DNA of 64,000 nt from Pocillopora damicornis (GCF_003704095.1 NW_020846500.1:248001-312000), one strand, 5' to 3'. Numbered from the stretch's first letter, positions 39,701 to 52,112 are shown. The notes: generated by a model from the sequence alone, not told the origin. Numbers and translations are program-made.

Positions 39701-42700
39701 TCGAAGAGCTTCTTACTCCAAAGGTGGCTCCTGCCACTCCAAGCTATGATACAGAGTCTACTGCAACCACAATCATTGGTAGTACCATTGCATTTAATCC
39801 ACAGGCAAATGGTCATGTGTCATCATCTGTGATCCTTATTCCTCCCAGTAATTCTGGTCAGGTTCAGGCATCAGACTCCATGGTTGGTGTTAAGGAAAGA
39901 AGTCAGTTTGAGCCTTTCCCTACAAAAGAACCAGAAGTTTTGATATCAGTTCTGGACACTGCGTGAGTTGATTTTACTATATATTTTGCGCCCTACATAA
40001 AACAGTTTTTTCTTCTTTTTCTGCTACTTGATAAGGCTGAAATAAAAATGATTTCATCAGCATTGTGCAGTATTGTCTTTTGTTCTTCTTTAGACAGTGT
40101 TGTAGAACTGTATATTAATACATTAAGATGCATGTGTGTGGCTGTTTAGAAACTAGATACCTTTAAACTGTTAGAGAAGCCTTAATAGTGAGGTCATTGT
40201 GCTTACCTTTATAAAATGGACTGTTCTCTAAAATGGACACTTTGCTCTGTCTTTTCAGTGTTCAAGACAGCAGCAAAGTTAAACTCTTTTCTGAATTTCT
40301 TATTGAACCTGAGGTAGTAAGGTCATAGTAGCCAATTTTTTTTGCAGATTGTTTTCTTTTGGGAATTTATTTTGGGAGATTTAGGACAATCCATTCTAGC
40401 TTACAAACTAGACTACAAAATCTCTACGCCAGATGGTTAAATTAATAGTTTTTGACTCAGGCAATTTTGCAATTTTGTAGCCCTCCAACTCCAATCAGTA
40501 ACACGCCAGTTCCCACTCCACCTACTCCAGCTGCAGTTGCAAAGGAAGATGAGGACAGCATTACAGCTGATTTAAACCAGGCAGAGGAAGAAAATAAACC
40601 AAAGGAAGATGAGATGCCATCATTTGATGAATTCAAAAGGAGAGTTTTGCAAGAAGAAGAAGAAAAGAGCAAACAACAGACTGCCCAGAATGCTAGTGGA
40701 ACTGCACACAAACCCAAACCCAAAAAGGTAAAGGAGAGAAAACAGAGCAACTATGCATCTGTGGATTGTGGTGCCAAGATTCTGGATCACAATAAGGAGG
40801 CTTCTAATGCTGACAGTGTTTTAGTGGAGAACAAAGACTTGTATATGTTAAATCCATGCAGTGCTAAAGTGTGGTTTGTTGTTGAGCTTTGCGATGTAGC
40901 TCATGTTAAGAGCATTCAGATTGCAAACTTTGAACTGTTCTCTTCAACGCCAGAAAGCTTTCGGGTTTACGTCAGCACAAGGTATCCAACAAGAGAATGG
41001 ACAATGCTTGGAACCTTTGAGGCTCGCGAAGAACGATCAATACAAACATTTCCTTTAGATGAACCAATTTATGCCAAGTACCTTAAGGTAAAGTGTGTAC
41101 TATTTACATTTATATTATGTGTACCATTTATATTATATTATATTAAGTATTAAGTGATGACACATATGAATCAAACCAGACTCAGTAGACAAAAAAGTTA
41201 CTAGAAGTCCAACAGTCACTTTATCCAAATGTTAATGATTGCCTCACTTTCAAGCACAGATTGAAATGTTGAGTCACTTTGTTTCAGAGCATTGGTCGGC
41301 AATGAAAGAAGTTGCTGGTAGCACAACAGTCACTTTATCCAAGTTGTAATGATTTCTTCACCTGTACAGGTTGAGATGTTGAGTCACTTTGGTTCAGAAC
41401 ACTATTGTCCACTTAGTCTTCTGCGTGTTCATGGCAGTAGCATGATGGAAGAGCTTGAAGATCATGAGATTGGGGGACAAGATGACACTGAGAACTCAGA
41501 GAGTGAACAAGATATTCCAGTCTTGCCTCCTGAACCCGGGTCAAAGGCTCAAGATGAACCCAAAGAGCCAAACTTCCTTGAGCGCGCTGCTGATACTGTT
41601 ATGAATATTGTCAAGAAAATTGCTGGAAAGGAGGATGAAAATAGAAATGGTAGTGAAAAAGGAGAGCAGTATGATCATCCCTTAGAATCTGTTACCAGTG
41701 GTGGGACAGCTTCCAGTGAGATTGAATCCAAATATAAACATAAAATTGTTACTCTTGTTGGTCATGAAGAACTTGAAGAAAACCAAGTGGAAAACAAGAC
41801 TAATAATGGCAGCAATACTCTGGTAAAAGAACATCATGAAGACAAGAGGACTTCTCATACACAAGAACAAAAACCCATATCTCTTAACAGTAGCAGTCAA
41901 AAGACCTCACTGTGCGAGGATACGGAAAGTGATTCTAAATCAAAAACAACGTGTCCAGCTTTGACTCCTTGTCAGTCGTTTGCCCAAGTGATTGGCCAAT
42001 ATTGTTTAGGATGTTTCATGGGACAGTTGTTGTTCTCCAAGAGTGGATATCAGAAGTCTACATTCCTAGTGAATGCTGTAAAGGATAAAAGAACTAATCT
42101 AAGTCCCATTCAGAAATCAAAATCTGGTGAGAAAGATGATGATTCCTCTGAAAGTCAACAAGAAGGAGAACAAGGAGAATGGGACAAACTGGTGATACAG
42201 GACAACAGCAAAGAAAAGAAATCTGTGAGTGAAAGTATCATGCAGCAGAATGCCCCATCTGAAGAAAAAAGTCCACAATTATCTGTCAACATTCCCAGCT
42301 CATCCCCCGGCAATTTGGATGGAAAAAGTGGAGTTACTGTTTCTAGTCTGTTAAATGTTGAAGATACTGTCTCTGTCTCCTCCAAAATTGTAAAACCTAG
42401 TTACTCAGGGAGCCCTTTGGATGTGAAAGGTGAAATATCCGACATCAAAACACCTTCATTGGGGAAAATTTCAGTTGTTTCCGAAGCACCTTTGAATTCT
42501 GTGCAGTCATCATCTTCTTCCTCTGTGACACTTCAAAGTTTAGAGTTACCTGTCATTAAAGAACCCAAAGGCAGTAACAGTCTAGAACCAGTAGATGGTA
42601 ATAATGTACAGGAACCAACCACTCATGGAAGTTTGTCATCAGTTAGTCTGTCATCTACCCATGACAGGGAGCCTACCTTGTTAGTACAGAAGAATAGGTT

Positions 42701-45700
42701 TAAAGAAGTCCCAGAATCTTCTCAGTCAGATGTGAACCCTTTTCTTAAAGCTAAAGAGAAGAAGGAGCCTGATACACCAGATGAATTAAGGGGAAATAAA
42801 GACAATGAAGTCAGTGCAACACCAACAGAATGTAAATCTCTAAATTCTCTACACACTGTGCCATTTTCATCTCCAGATATTGATGTCTTGGAGACAAAAC
42901 TCACTGATAAAGAAGGGCGAGAAGGAACTGCTCAGCTGCCTGAAGAAACTCAGGCTGAGAAAGACAACCTTTTACCAAATGAGAAAGGTGAATCAAAAGA
43001 TAAAGAAGGGCAGGTGACTGATTTTTCAAACAAGATTGTAGAACCTGAAGAGTCAGGAGAGAAAGGGATTCTTCCTAACATGGAAAGCCAGGATAGAGTT
43101 GGTATTGGTGAAAGCACATTATCAATTACAGTGGGGGAGTCCCAAAGTGTCAGTCCAACAGCTCAGCCTGGTGCTGGGTCTATAACTGACCCTGGTGACC
43201 AGTCTGAGTCTGTTCTTCCATTGCCAGCTCCCCCCGTAGCTAGTGCAAGTAGCCATGAATTTATTGCTGCAGCTTCATCAGACACCAATCTGGATGCCAC
43301 CATGCTTAGTAAAACACAACACCAAGCATTAGGCTCATCAGCTGGTGTGGCATCAGCAGTTGGTTCTGGAGTACATAAGGAGTCGATTTTTGTGCGACTT
43401 AGCAACAAGATCAAGGCCTTAGAGCAGAACCTCAACATGAGCACTCTTTACATGGAACAGCTAAATCAGAGGTGAGTCTATCATGCAAGGAAGTATTGAG
43501 GGAACAGGGTTGGTATTGGTCTTAAAAATGTAGGTTGTTTTTTTTCAGTTTTGGAGAGGTTTTGTCATGCATAGACTGAAGAGTCCTGGAAGGTGCTGGC
43601 AAGTCTCAGAGAGAGTTAGTTCTTGTTGGAAAGCCCTATAGGGAAAAACAAAGACTAACATCTGGAGTTGGTGTTAAGCTATGATATCATTACATTTTAG
43701 AGTCATGAAATAAATATATTAGAGTCTTGGAAAAGTCCTTGAAGACATTTTCATAAAAGATGTTCAAACTTTTGGGAATGAGGTTGAGAGGTTGTGAGTT
43801 GTGGAAAAACTTGTGAACTACNNNNNNNNNNNNNNNNNNNNNNNNNNNTGTGCAGTGAGGAAATTTGGATTGTGTGTTTGGTCTTTGATGTGTATTGTTT
43901 TTTTCATTTCATATCTTTTAAGTAGTGTTCATTGTTCCTTAATAGAAAACATTTCAGAATGAAATAAACACAGCACAGTTAAAATGTCATCTTGATGTCA
44001 ATTTTAATTTAAAAAAAAAACATATATATGAAATAAGGATTTGTTAAATAGTTGTATGGGAATGAAGTAGTAACCATGCATAAACAGTTCTACATATAGG
44101 GTGTTTAAAACAGCAGAGTCAACTAAAATTACCTGTGCTGTTTATACACCAAGTGCATGTAGTTGAGTAGTACTGTTGCCCAGTACTGTCCAATAATTGT
44201 TTACAACATCTCAAAGACCAGACAGTCTAACTTTCCCGGAAACTTTCTCTCAGGAGTGAGAAGTGTGTAGCATATACTAAAACTTTTACTTGAATCACTT
44301 GTGAGGATATCAACATCGTTGTTAGATTATGCTGGTATGTTTCCACTAACTTTACATGCTAAATATGAGGTGGATTAGCTGCAAATAGTGGGTTGACTTA
44401 AAAATATAAGTACACTGTATGCAGTGTAAATTAAACTGTCAAGTATTTAAGCCTTGGAAGGTAACATTTTCTTTTTTTTCTATTGAGTTACTCTGTTTTA
44501 TTCACAAGCCTTTTTTCTGAACACAGGTACCGGAAATCACTGGATGATCTTCAAAAAAGCTCGGACAAAAAAGTTGCCTTGTTGACAAATGCCACAAAGA
44601 AAGCAGAAACTGTGGTATGTATACTTATGAAAATTATGAGTTGATTTTTAAATTCTGGGAAATGGTGTGCCCTATTGCTTAGCACACTTCAAAATTTAGG
44701 ATACAAGATACATTTCTTTCATGATTTTCTCTCCCCCCAGTAATATAAATCTTCTAAGACATTTTGGTGTGTAGTATCGCTGAGTATTTTATGAGTTGTG
44801 CCTATAGGGAGAGTAAAATACAACAAAGAGTAAAAATAACAAGCACTACTACACACCAAAATGTCTAATAAGTTGTTTATTATCCAACTGCTTTTTTTTC
44901 TGCTAAGTGATTATGCTCATTTTTTATATGTTGGGAAAAACAAAGTGGATAGAGAAGCATAGCAAACACAACCGACTGTTTAAACATATTTTTTTTTACA
45001 GTACAATATCGCAGGATATCTGTACTCTACTGGCGCAATATTTTTTACTCTACTTTGTGCAGTTGGATACTACTGTATATACATGTAACTGTCATGAAAG
45101 TTGGACAAAATGTCTACCTGCAATGGACTATTTTTCCACCCTAAGGGGGGGATGTCAAAACAGTTCTAGTCACCTTATCCTTCACAAACTGTAGTAATGG
45201 GCCACTGTGTGTGCCACTGGATGGAGAGCAGCCTCAACCATTTTTCATGTGATAAAAAGAAGAAACTGTGGTCTGTCTACAGATGAAAATTATCAGTTAA
45301 ATTTTCCAGTTGTACATGTATGGGTAACATTTGTTTTTGGAGGGGAGGGGGGACTTTACTGCTCTGGTTTAACCAACAGTCCAGCACATATCTGTGTATT
45401 TTAAGGTTGTTTAATGCTATAGTTCATGCATCACTTTGTTGATTAACCCTTTAACTCCCAAGATCTGATTATTAATTTTCCCCTCCACATTTTGTTACAC
45501 AATTCCTGGCGAATAAGTTAGGGAATTTGGTATTAAATCAAGACATCAACTTCAACCTGATAAGTTTGGGTATTCTCTTTTTCCCTTTGCTTGATAATGT
45601 ACGGATATTATAGAGAGAAGTTTCATGTTAATCACTTCCAGGAGTTAAAGGGTTAAGTAAATTTTACTTACAGATTAACAACCAAAAGGAACAAATTGCC

Positions 45701-47550
45701 AAACTGCAGTCTGAGCTTGGAAATCTTACCAGTATGATGGTGGAAATGAAGGCTCGCATGGATCCTCTAAACAAGGAAGTTATGGAGAGGCATGTGATTG
45801 GTCTGTGTATAGAGATTGCTTTGATCTTGTTCTTGTTTTTGGTGTTTACTAAGAGGAACAACAATAATAACAACAACAACATTCCTGAGGCCCGAGGGGA
45901 GTCTGGCCACTTCGTGAATGGCAAGGGCCCCCCTAGGTTTGCAATCGAAGAGGATCATAACAAGACCAGTACAATCCACACAACAGGCAAGTTAGATGTA
46001 CATTATAGATGTATTTGATACTGAAGAATACGCAGTTTACAATTACAGGGGCATAGACTTAATCAATCTTTATTTTGTACCAAATTAAACATAAGAATCT
46101 CACCCTTTGGAATAATTGTTGTGTGGTGCCATCCTTCTTGTGAATCAAACTAGATAAAAGTACGAAGATGGGTTGTAAAACTTATCTGGCACATTCATGA
46201 TTGGTTGTTCTTCGTCAATTGACTGATAGGAATTTTTTTTGTTTTTAAGCAGGAGTGGGGGGGACTGTAGAGCCTTGGATAAAAATATTATAACCAAGTA
46301 CAGTAGGAACTCATTTAAATGAAGCTTAGATAAAACATCCTCTCTGGTGTAAGGAAAGGGGCTTTACCACAACAAAACCTTTGGAAGATTATGCACTGTA
46401 CCTCCACTGAATAGATTGGAGTTTCTTGGTATATTGGATTTGTTTAGTGACATTTGTTTGCCTATGAAAAAACAGGTTTTATATTAAGAGTTCATTAGAA
46501 TGTTTAGATAACTTTTTGATCATTTTTTATTTTTTTAGCCTGTCTCAGTGGAAGAGAGCAGCTCCTTCGTAGTTTTGGAAAGCCCTCAGAACCGGAGTCT
46601 GTCGGTTCTAGTAACATTGCAGATAGTCATGAGAACAAACTAAACAAGGTCAGATAAAACTCATATCGTCCGTGGGGAGAAATTCCAAAGTTTGCCACAA
46701 AATGCACATTAACCCATCAGTTGCTACATCACAGCTAATGCATCTTGAAAAATTTACCTCCAATTTTTTGATTTTTTTTTTTATTATTTTCTGTCTGTCT
46801 TGATCTTTTTCTTCATTGATCATTCCAGTTCATTCAAAGTGTTTTTTTGTTTTTTTGATTGTTTGGTTGTTTGGTTGTTTGGTTTTATTTTATTTTACCA
46901 TACTTGTATTTGTGGTCTTTCTGTTATTCAGGTGCAGATAATTTTTGACGCTAGAGCAATTACTCAAACGCGAAGTCAAGATGATTTATGCAAATTAGTA
47001 TTGAGGTTTTAGGTATTAAACCGAGGGAAAAATTTTGTCCTTTCAGGCAGAACCGTTCAATTCTAATGACAGTAAGAAGAGACGTAACCGCAAACGCAAA
47101 GTATCCAGTCTCGAGCCTCCCTCAGACAGTACTTCTTGTGCTGACACGCCTAGTCCTGGTAGTTTTCTCAGTCGAACCGCTGGCTTACTCTTCTCGAGTG
47201 CTCGTGGACTCTTTGGTAGTTTTCACAATCCATGGAAATTGAAGAAACCATCGACTGTGCATAGCGATCCTATCCTCTCTACAAGATCGGGAGACAGCCT
47301 GGTTCGTGAAACGGAAAGACTGAGGCATCCTGTGCTATTAAGAGCTAGGAGTTTAGACTCAGTTCCAGAGGAGACACCTTCACAAAGACTTGCACCTCCG
47401 CCCACACCACCCCCTCTCTCACCAGAGTTTGGGGTCGTGTTTAAGCGCCCCCCTGATTGTTACTACTCCAAGAAGACCGGTGTTAGGAACATAACCCCTG
47501 GCCCGATAAAATGTGGAAAATATGGCGTCTTAGATTCCCAGATGGCGTAA
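36743..47550 (+). CDS. SUCO: SUN domain-containing ossification factor (SUCO/Slp1 family, mid-SUN ER membrane protein), ~1408 aa
   Basis: Exons 36743-36798 and 36885-36981 (signal-peptide-like [19 protein letters not shown]; less certain), then 39613-39962, 40481-41087, 41370-43471, 44527-44614, 45674-45986, 46539-46648, 47047-47550. SUN domain [65 protein letters not shown]. Also [45 protein letters not shown] and TM helix [19 protein letters not shown]. Confidence 0.92.
43822..43848. other. Assembly gap (N run) in SUCO intron
   Basis: 27 Ns. Confidence 0.99.
44752..44872. repeat. Intronic palindromic repeat
   Basis: AGACATTTTGGTGTGTAGTA ... TACTACACACCAAAATGTCT inverted pair. Confidence 0.6.
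45443..45656. mobile_element. piggyBac-like MITE (TTAA TSD, CCCTTTAACTCC TIR)
   Basis: TTAA CCCTTTAACTCCCAAGATCT...GGAGTTAAAGGG TTAA. Related decayed copies at ~16422-16623, 20245-20661, 24388-24530, 25094-25290, 29100-29310 and 55594-55876. Confidence 0.8.
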
Positions 47551-48282
47551 CTTGGGCCCCTCGAAGACCACACCCATTCTTCAATTTATTTCGGCAGCAC
47601 GTTTCACTGGCGAAGTTGAGGAATGTGATTGGTTTTCGAGGGATTTCCGACAGAGAGAAATGAAGAAAAGGAGGAAAATGTCATGGGGTGACCCTTCTTG
47701 AGCAGCCTTAGAAATTTTACTCAACTTGGAATGAAGGAATCGATTATCGGGAGCTGAAGCTTAAAAGAACTTTCTCTTATCAGCCTTAAAAGGTGGATAG
47801 AAATCTTAAATTTTTGCTGAAATGCGTATAAGGCTTGGTAGACTAGCTACCAATTGAGTAAAATTGTATTCAGTGGGCCATTTTCATAGACCAAAGAACT
47901 CAGTAATATTGAGGAGTTCGTTTAGACCAAATATATCTCTAAAATGCTGCGTGTAAATGTTCTTTCTAGGAAAGCAGTATTCAAATGGTAAAGTCTTTTT
48001 TTGCAGCAAAATGAATTTGTATAGGTAAACCAAAATGTGTCATAGGTAATACAAAAAGGAAATTTCGCAATTGGTATCAAGAAGTAATATATATTTTCAT
48101 ATTTAAGACAGAATTGGTACAAGTTAAGATAATATTAAATTAGTAGGAAAAATAAAAGAGGCTCATGGTTTCATTTGGATTTGTGTTGGTGTGTAGTCGA
48201 GTTTGCATTCCTAACAGGTTTGATTCCTAACAGTTTTGATTCCTTGTGCTTCTACTCATGAAAATTGGATTTGAACCCTGTT

Positions 48283-48864
48283 TTAACTTTTGGTTTTAGA
48301 AGTACTTTGTTCTGCTTCGTAATTGTGATGTAAATTTTCGGTGAAGTGTTGCACTGTCTTCATCATACATAGACTTATAAATGTAAAATGTAGATGTCCA
48401 ACGTTTATCATAACACTGGCTTGTAATTGTGCTTCTATCCTTCGCCGAAAGACTCCTTCAGACGATGAAATGCAAATAGCGAAAAATGAAGTATGGGAAA
48501 AGGTCGTTCCTTCTAACAACCACTTTTCTAAAATGCCTTCCTCGATGATGCCTTCCTCGATGATGCCTTCCTCGATGATGCCTTCCTCGAAAAGTGTCTA
48601 TCCGTTGACATTTTTAAGTTCAAGTCTAAACTTGACTCTTCTCGTGGCGAATTGTTTAAAATCCGTCCTAAGGAGCAGTTTTGAAATGAACTTAAAATCA
48701 CACGGACTTATGGCCTCTGCACGAAAGCCAAATGATTGGTTTAAACTCAAAACATCTGTAAATTTTAGCTGTTTTGAGGTACAAGGTGTTTCGCCATCTG
48801 ACATCTGGAAATATTGGTCCGCAGTTCGTTCAAACATGAAACCATTTCCACGCTGACTCTGCAT
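48283..48864 (-). pseudogene. Possible decayed orphan ORF (193 codons, one internal TAG)
   Basis: ORFs 48598-48864 and 48283-48519 are in one frame, separated only by TAG at 48598-48600. Contains the 15-bp repeat encoding (EEGII)n. Confidence 0.3.
48533..48590. repeat. 15-bp tandem repeat (ATGCCTTCCTCGATG)~4
   Basis: Directly visible. Confidence 0.9.
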
Positions 48865-49075
48865 TAGATCTTAGAACACCTGATGTGCTAGAAAAAAAAA
48901 CCTGTCTTTGCTGTGTTTACATTCATTGAGGTTATGGTTTTAGACAAAACCTTTCAGTTTTTCTTTTTGTCTAATAAAGTCATAAACATGTCTTTAATAC
49001 TTTTTTGTGTAGCAAAGAAAGACTCGGTCCGACTTTTTCGGATGCCGAACGTAAAGATTATAGACTCAGATGTGG

Positions 49076-49864
49076 TCACATATTGATATCTTGGTTCCTG
49101 CTTTCCCATGCTTGGAATCTTACAGGTTTGGCTCTGAGATATCGGCAATATTTCAGCTGGTCCATAACGTTCACAGAGGGATCAGTGAAGGGGACTGTCT
49201 TGGACGAGTGCTTGCGATGAAACTTAGGAACGCAGCCATCTCGTATTGGTGGAAGAATCATAGATTGTATGGTTTGATTCTCTGGTAACAAATGCCAAAG
49301 TTTTTTCGTCACTTCATCGGGTGAGCTTCGCGCACTGTTAACGATACGTGTACCAGCTTCGTCCCTGTTTCCAAATGGTTCACTTCGTCTCCGTAGCCAT
49401 AACATGTCAAAATACTCTTGTGAGTTTAAAGGTGGCTTTTTGAGGAATTCTTTCACTTTTTGTGTCAGTTCTTTGTCTTGATTGTGGTACAAAGAAGGGA
49501 TGTATCTTCGCTTTAAGTTCGGTAAACCCGAACTATATGCGTTTCGTGTCAACTTGGAATTTTTCACCGTCGATGCAGCGGATGACAGATGTTCGTTTCT
49601 ATATTGAAGATTGTAAACTGGCGATGAATTTTGTTTGTTCTCGGGTAACCGCTGGTAATCGGCCATATTTGGTTCAGAAAAACTCTCTACACCGGTCCTT
49701 GGTTTTTGATTCATCAAACATTTTAAAAGTAAAATCAGGGCGGTTTTCAACTTTTGTTCCGATGTAGTAAAACAGGCCAAGTGCAAATACCATTTAAAAA
49801 CGTCGGGCTTCGCCGCATAGGATAAACATATCGGTTTCCTTGCGAACGAAAGAGCCTTACTCAT
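49076..49864 (-). CDS. Intronless orphan protein (~195-262 aa depending on start), C-terminal LKYCRYLR motif
   Basis: Long ORF in AT-rich DNA with candidate ATGs at 49864, 49714 and 49666. Hydrophilic and basic, with ILPPIR and DQLKYCRYLR motifs. Possible ATTAAA signal near 48995. Confidence 0.65.
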   Translation of the reverse strand: MSKALSFARKPICLSYAAKPDVFKWYLHLACFTTSEQKLKTALILLLKCLMNQKPRTGVESFSEPNMADYQRLPENKQNSSPVYNLQYRNEHLSSAASTVKNSKLTRNAYSSGLPNLKRRYIPSLYHNQDKELTQKVKEFLKKPPLNSQEYFDMLWLRRRSEPFGNRDEAGTRIVNSARSSPDEVTKKLWHLLPENQTIQSMILPPIRDGCVPKFHRKHSSKTVPFTDPSVNVMDQLKYCRYLRAKPVRFQAWESRNQDINM

Positions 49865-50880
49865 GAATAAATAAGTCAATTCCTAAGCTTGGCCTGAATG
49901 ATTTTAGCCTTAGGCGACTTCATTGGCTTATGGATTCGTAGCAGGAGTCCGTTCAAGGAGAATTCATACGTAATTTAACATATTCTTGACCTTATGTAAA
50001 ACACAAAATGTATATTTAACTCCCCACCGGTTAAATCTATAGTTTCGAATCGAAGTTTGAATACAAGGGAACTAGGTTATTGTTTATAAGTTTGATACTC
50101 GCGATGTTTTGAAATGTGTTCCCGAACTACGCCGGATAAGTAGGAAAAGCGTTCAGATAAGAGAATATTCTTATTTTAATAGTGTCTCGTAAAATATTCC
50201 ATTCAGCTAGCAGGATGTTTACACGTACACTAAATTTGCTCTGCGTGATACGAAACAAAAAAAGTTGAAAAAGACGACCGCATGGAATCTTCCAGCCTAC
50301 TAGTTTCTCAATATTTGGCTTCAATTGCCAATGTATTTGTAACAATAATTGTTATACTCTTCCAGTTATAGGAAAACTTAACACTGGTTGGGTAATTTGA
50401 GCAAACTGAATGATATACGTTTAGCCACCACATTCGAAATGATATATTCCTTTTAAAAGGTACATTCACCCACAGTTATCAGGATACGTCGATTAACACC
50501 TACCGCTAGACCCGTTACAGCCAGAGTATGAAAATGAAAACATTTATTGCCTAAACATTTCAGCGTGCAAATATTTTTGTTCACTAAATTGCTTCAAAAA
50601 GTTGAAGAAGTATATTTCTTTGTTCCATATCTTTTTTTGATGCTTTTCTGGCACGCAAGGAAAAATGTCGTTTGACACAAAAGTCACATAAAACCCACAA
50701 ACTCCCACAGCAAATGGAGAAAAATTGTTGACATTTAGATAAACGGCCGTAGTTATGATAAAAGCCGAGTACTTGACAGCTTAGGAAAGGTAAAAGACAT
50801 CATAATCAGGGACGGGGAGGAAATAAGCAAGTCGGTGATGGGAATGTCAAGGAGGCCAGATCAAACATGGGAAACGATTA

Positions 50881-51105
50881 ACAGGGTAATTTAGTATTAT
50901 CAACTGAGTTGACAACGTAAATCGGCCACCGTAAAGAGTTTATTCACCATTTGCTCTGACGAAGGGCTGACGCTCGAAACGTCAGCTTTCAAACTCTTTA
51001 CGTTGGCCAATTTACGTCATCAATTCAGCTGATAATACTAAATTACCCTGTAATACTCTCCCACCGACGCAGCACCACAGTTTTTTTAGAAACTATACCC
51101 CCTCT
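50881..51105 (+). mobile_element. Same family, copy D (palindromic, intact HHR)
   Basis: ~60-bp inverted arms 50881-50941/50991-51051 enclosing the HHR, followed by the family tail. Confidence 0.85.
50953..50986 (+). ncRNA. Minimal type I hammerhead ribozyme motif (Penelope-type), intact core
   Basis: GCU CUGACGA A GGGC-UGAC-GCUC GAAAC GUC AGC: CUGANGA and GAAA cores, 4-bp stem II, palindromic ACGU stem III, GUC cleavage triplet, stem I GCU/AGC. Confidence 0.8.
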
Positions 51106-51922
51106 ATTCTTTGGGAGAACTATTAGTCGATTTTTCTGAAAAAAGAGAAAGCTTTAGCCGCCGTGACTAGCGCGGTAGGGCACAAAGCAAACAGGAAGGA
51201 ATAGAAAGAGTTCGAGGCGGTATTGTAACAGTTACCTTTCGCCCTTGCTTTAGTTTTTCCACTTCCTCCCCTTTGAGCGCTGACCGCTGAGGCCTAAAAA
51301 AACGTTAAACATTTTCGAATTCCCCGACAGTCCGACAGTCAAACTTCTTTTACTTGGACAAAGGATTCCCCTGACCAGTTGGTTCGCTTACTCACCAAAA
51401 TTTTTTATTCCAGCCATGGAAAGACCTGAAGACGAGGAGTAGGAAAAATAGATTTCACGTGTGTAACGATGCACGTGGGAAGGTTGAAGGACACGAGAGA
51501 AGCTTGCGAGTTGTTTGAGGAAAATGTACTTTTTTAAGGAAGCTGCAGACAAAAATTGAAGGTCAAAACACTCAAGATTTAGTAGAGTTATAACCTATTG
51601 GAAGAGTCTTAGCTCAATAAAAGTCCGAGATTCAAAGGGTTTTGATTCTTCGTTCTACGTGCATCAAGTTGTTTTGTGCTGTTTAATCAAAAATTTTGCG
51701 AAAAATTTATTGTTTTTTCGATTATATAATTCTAGTGGTTAAATGGTAAATGAAAATGGAGAATTGAATGGGTACGAAAACAGAGCAAGTATGATGAAAA
51801 CGTTAAACAGAACACATAAGTTCCCTCCAACTGCAACCTTATCAGCTTAAAACGTCACAAACAGAAACAGCCTGAGCTGAATTTTACCACAGTCCGATCG
51901 GACAAAAAGATATCTATAAAAT

Positions 51923-52027
51923 TAAAATACGAACGGTCCCTGCTTTTGGGCGAAGTCCGTTGCACGATTAAAAAGAATTATGTCGGCGGGCCGCGCCAGT
52001 AGGAGTAAGCGTGCCTCGCCCCCAATG

Positions 52028-52064
<37 letters not shown>

Positions 52065-52112
52065 CACTCGCTCGACGGACTTTGCCGGAAGTGAGGGACT
52101 GCCCGTAGTCTA
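51923..52112. mobile_element. Short MITE with ~38-bp imperfect TIRs and internal poly-T
   Basis: Left TAAAATACGAACGGTCCCTGCTTTTGGGCGAAGTCCGT vs reverse complement of right end TAGACTACGGGCAGTCCCTCACTTCCGGCAAAGTCCGT. T-run at ~52028-52064. Confidence 0.6.

Noticed and set aside
40457-43444. Several - strand ORFs overlapping SUCO exons
   Set aside because: Antisense shadows of E/K/S-rich coding sequence.
45857-45880. Poly-Asn tract after the SUCO TM helix
   Set aside because: Ordinary trinucleotide slippage with no evidence of function.
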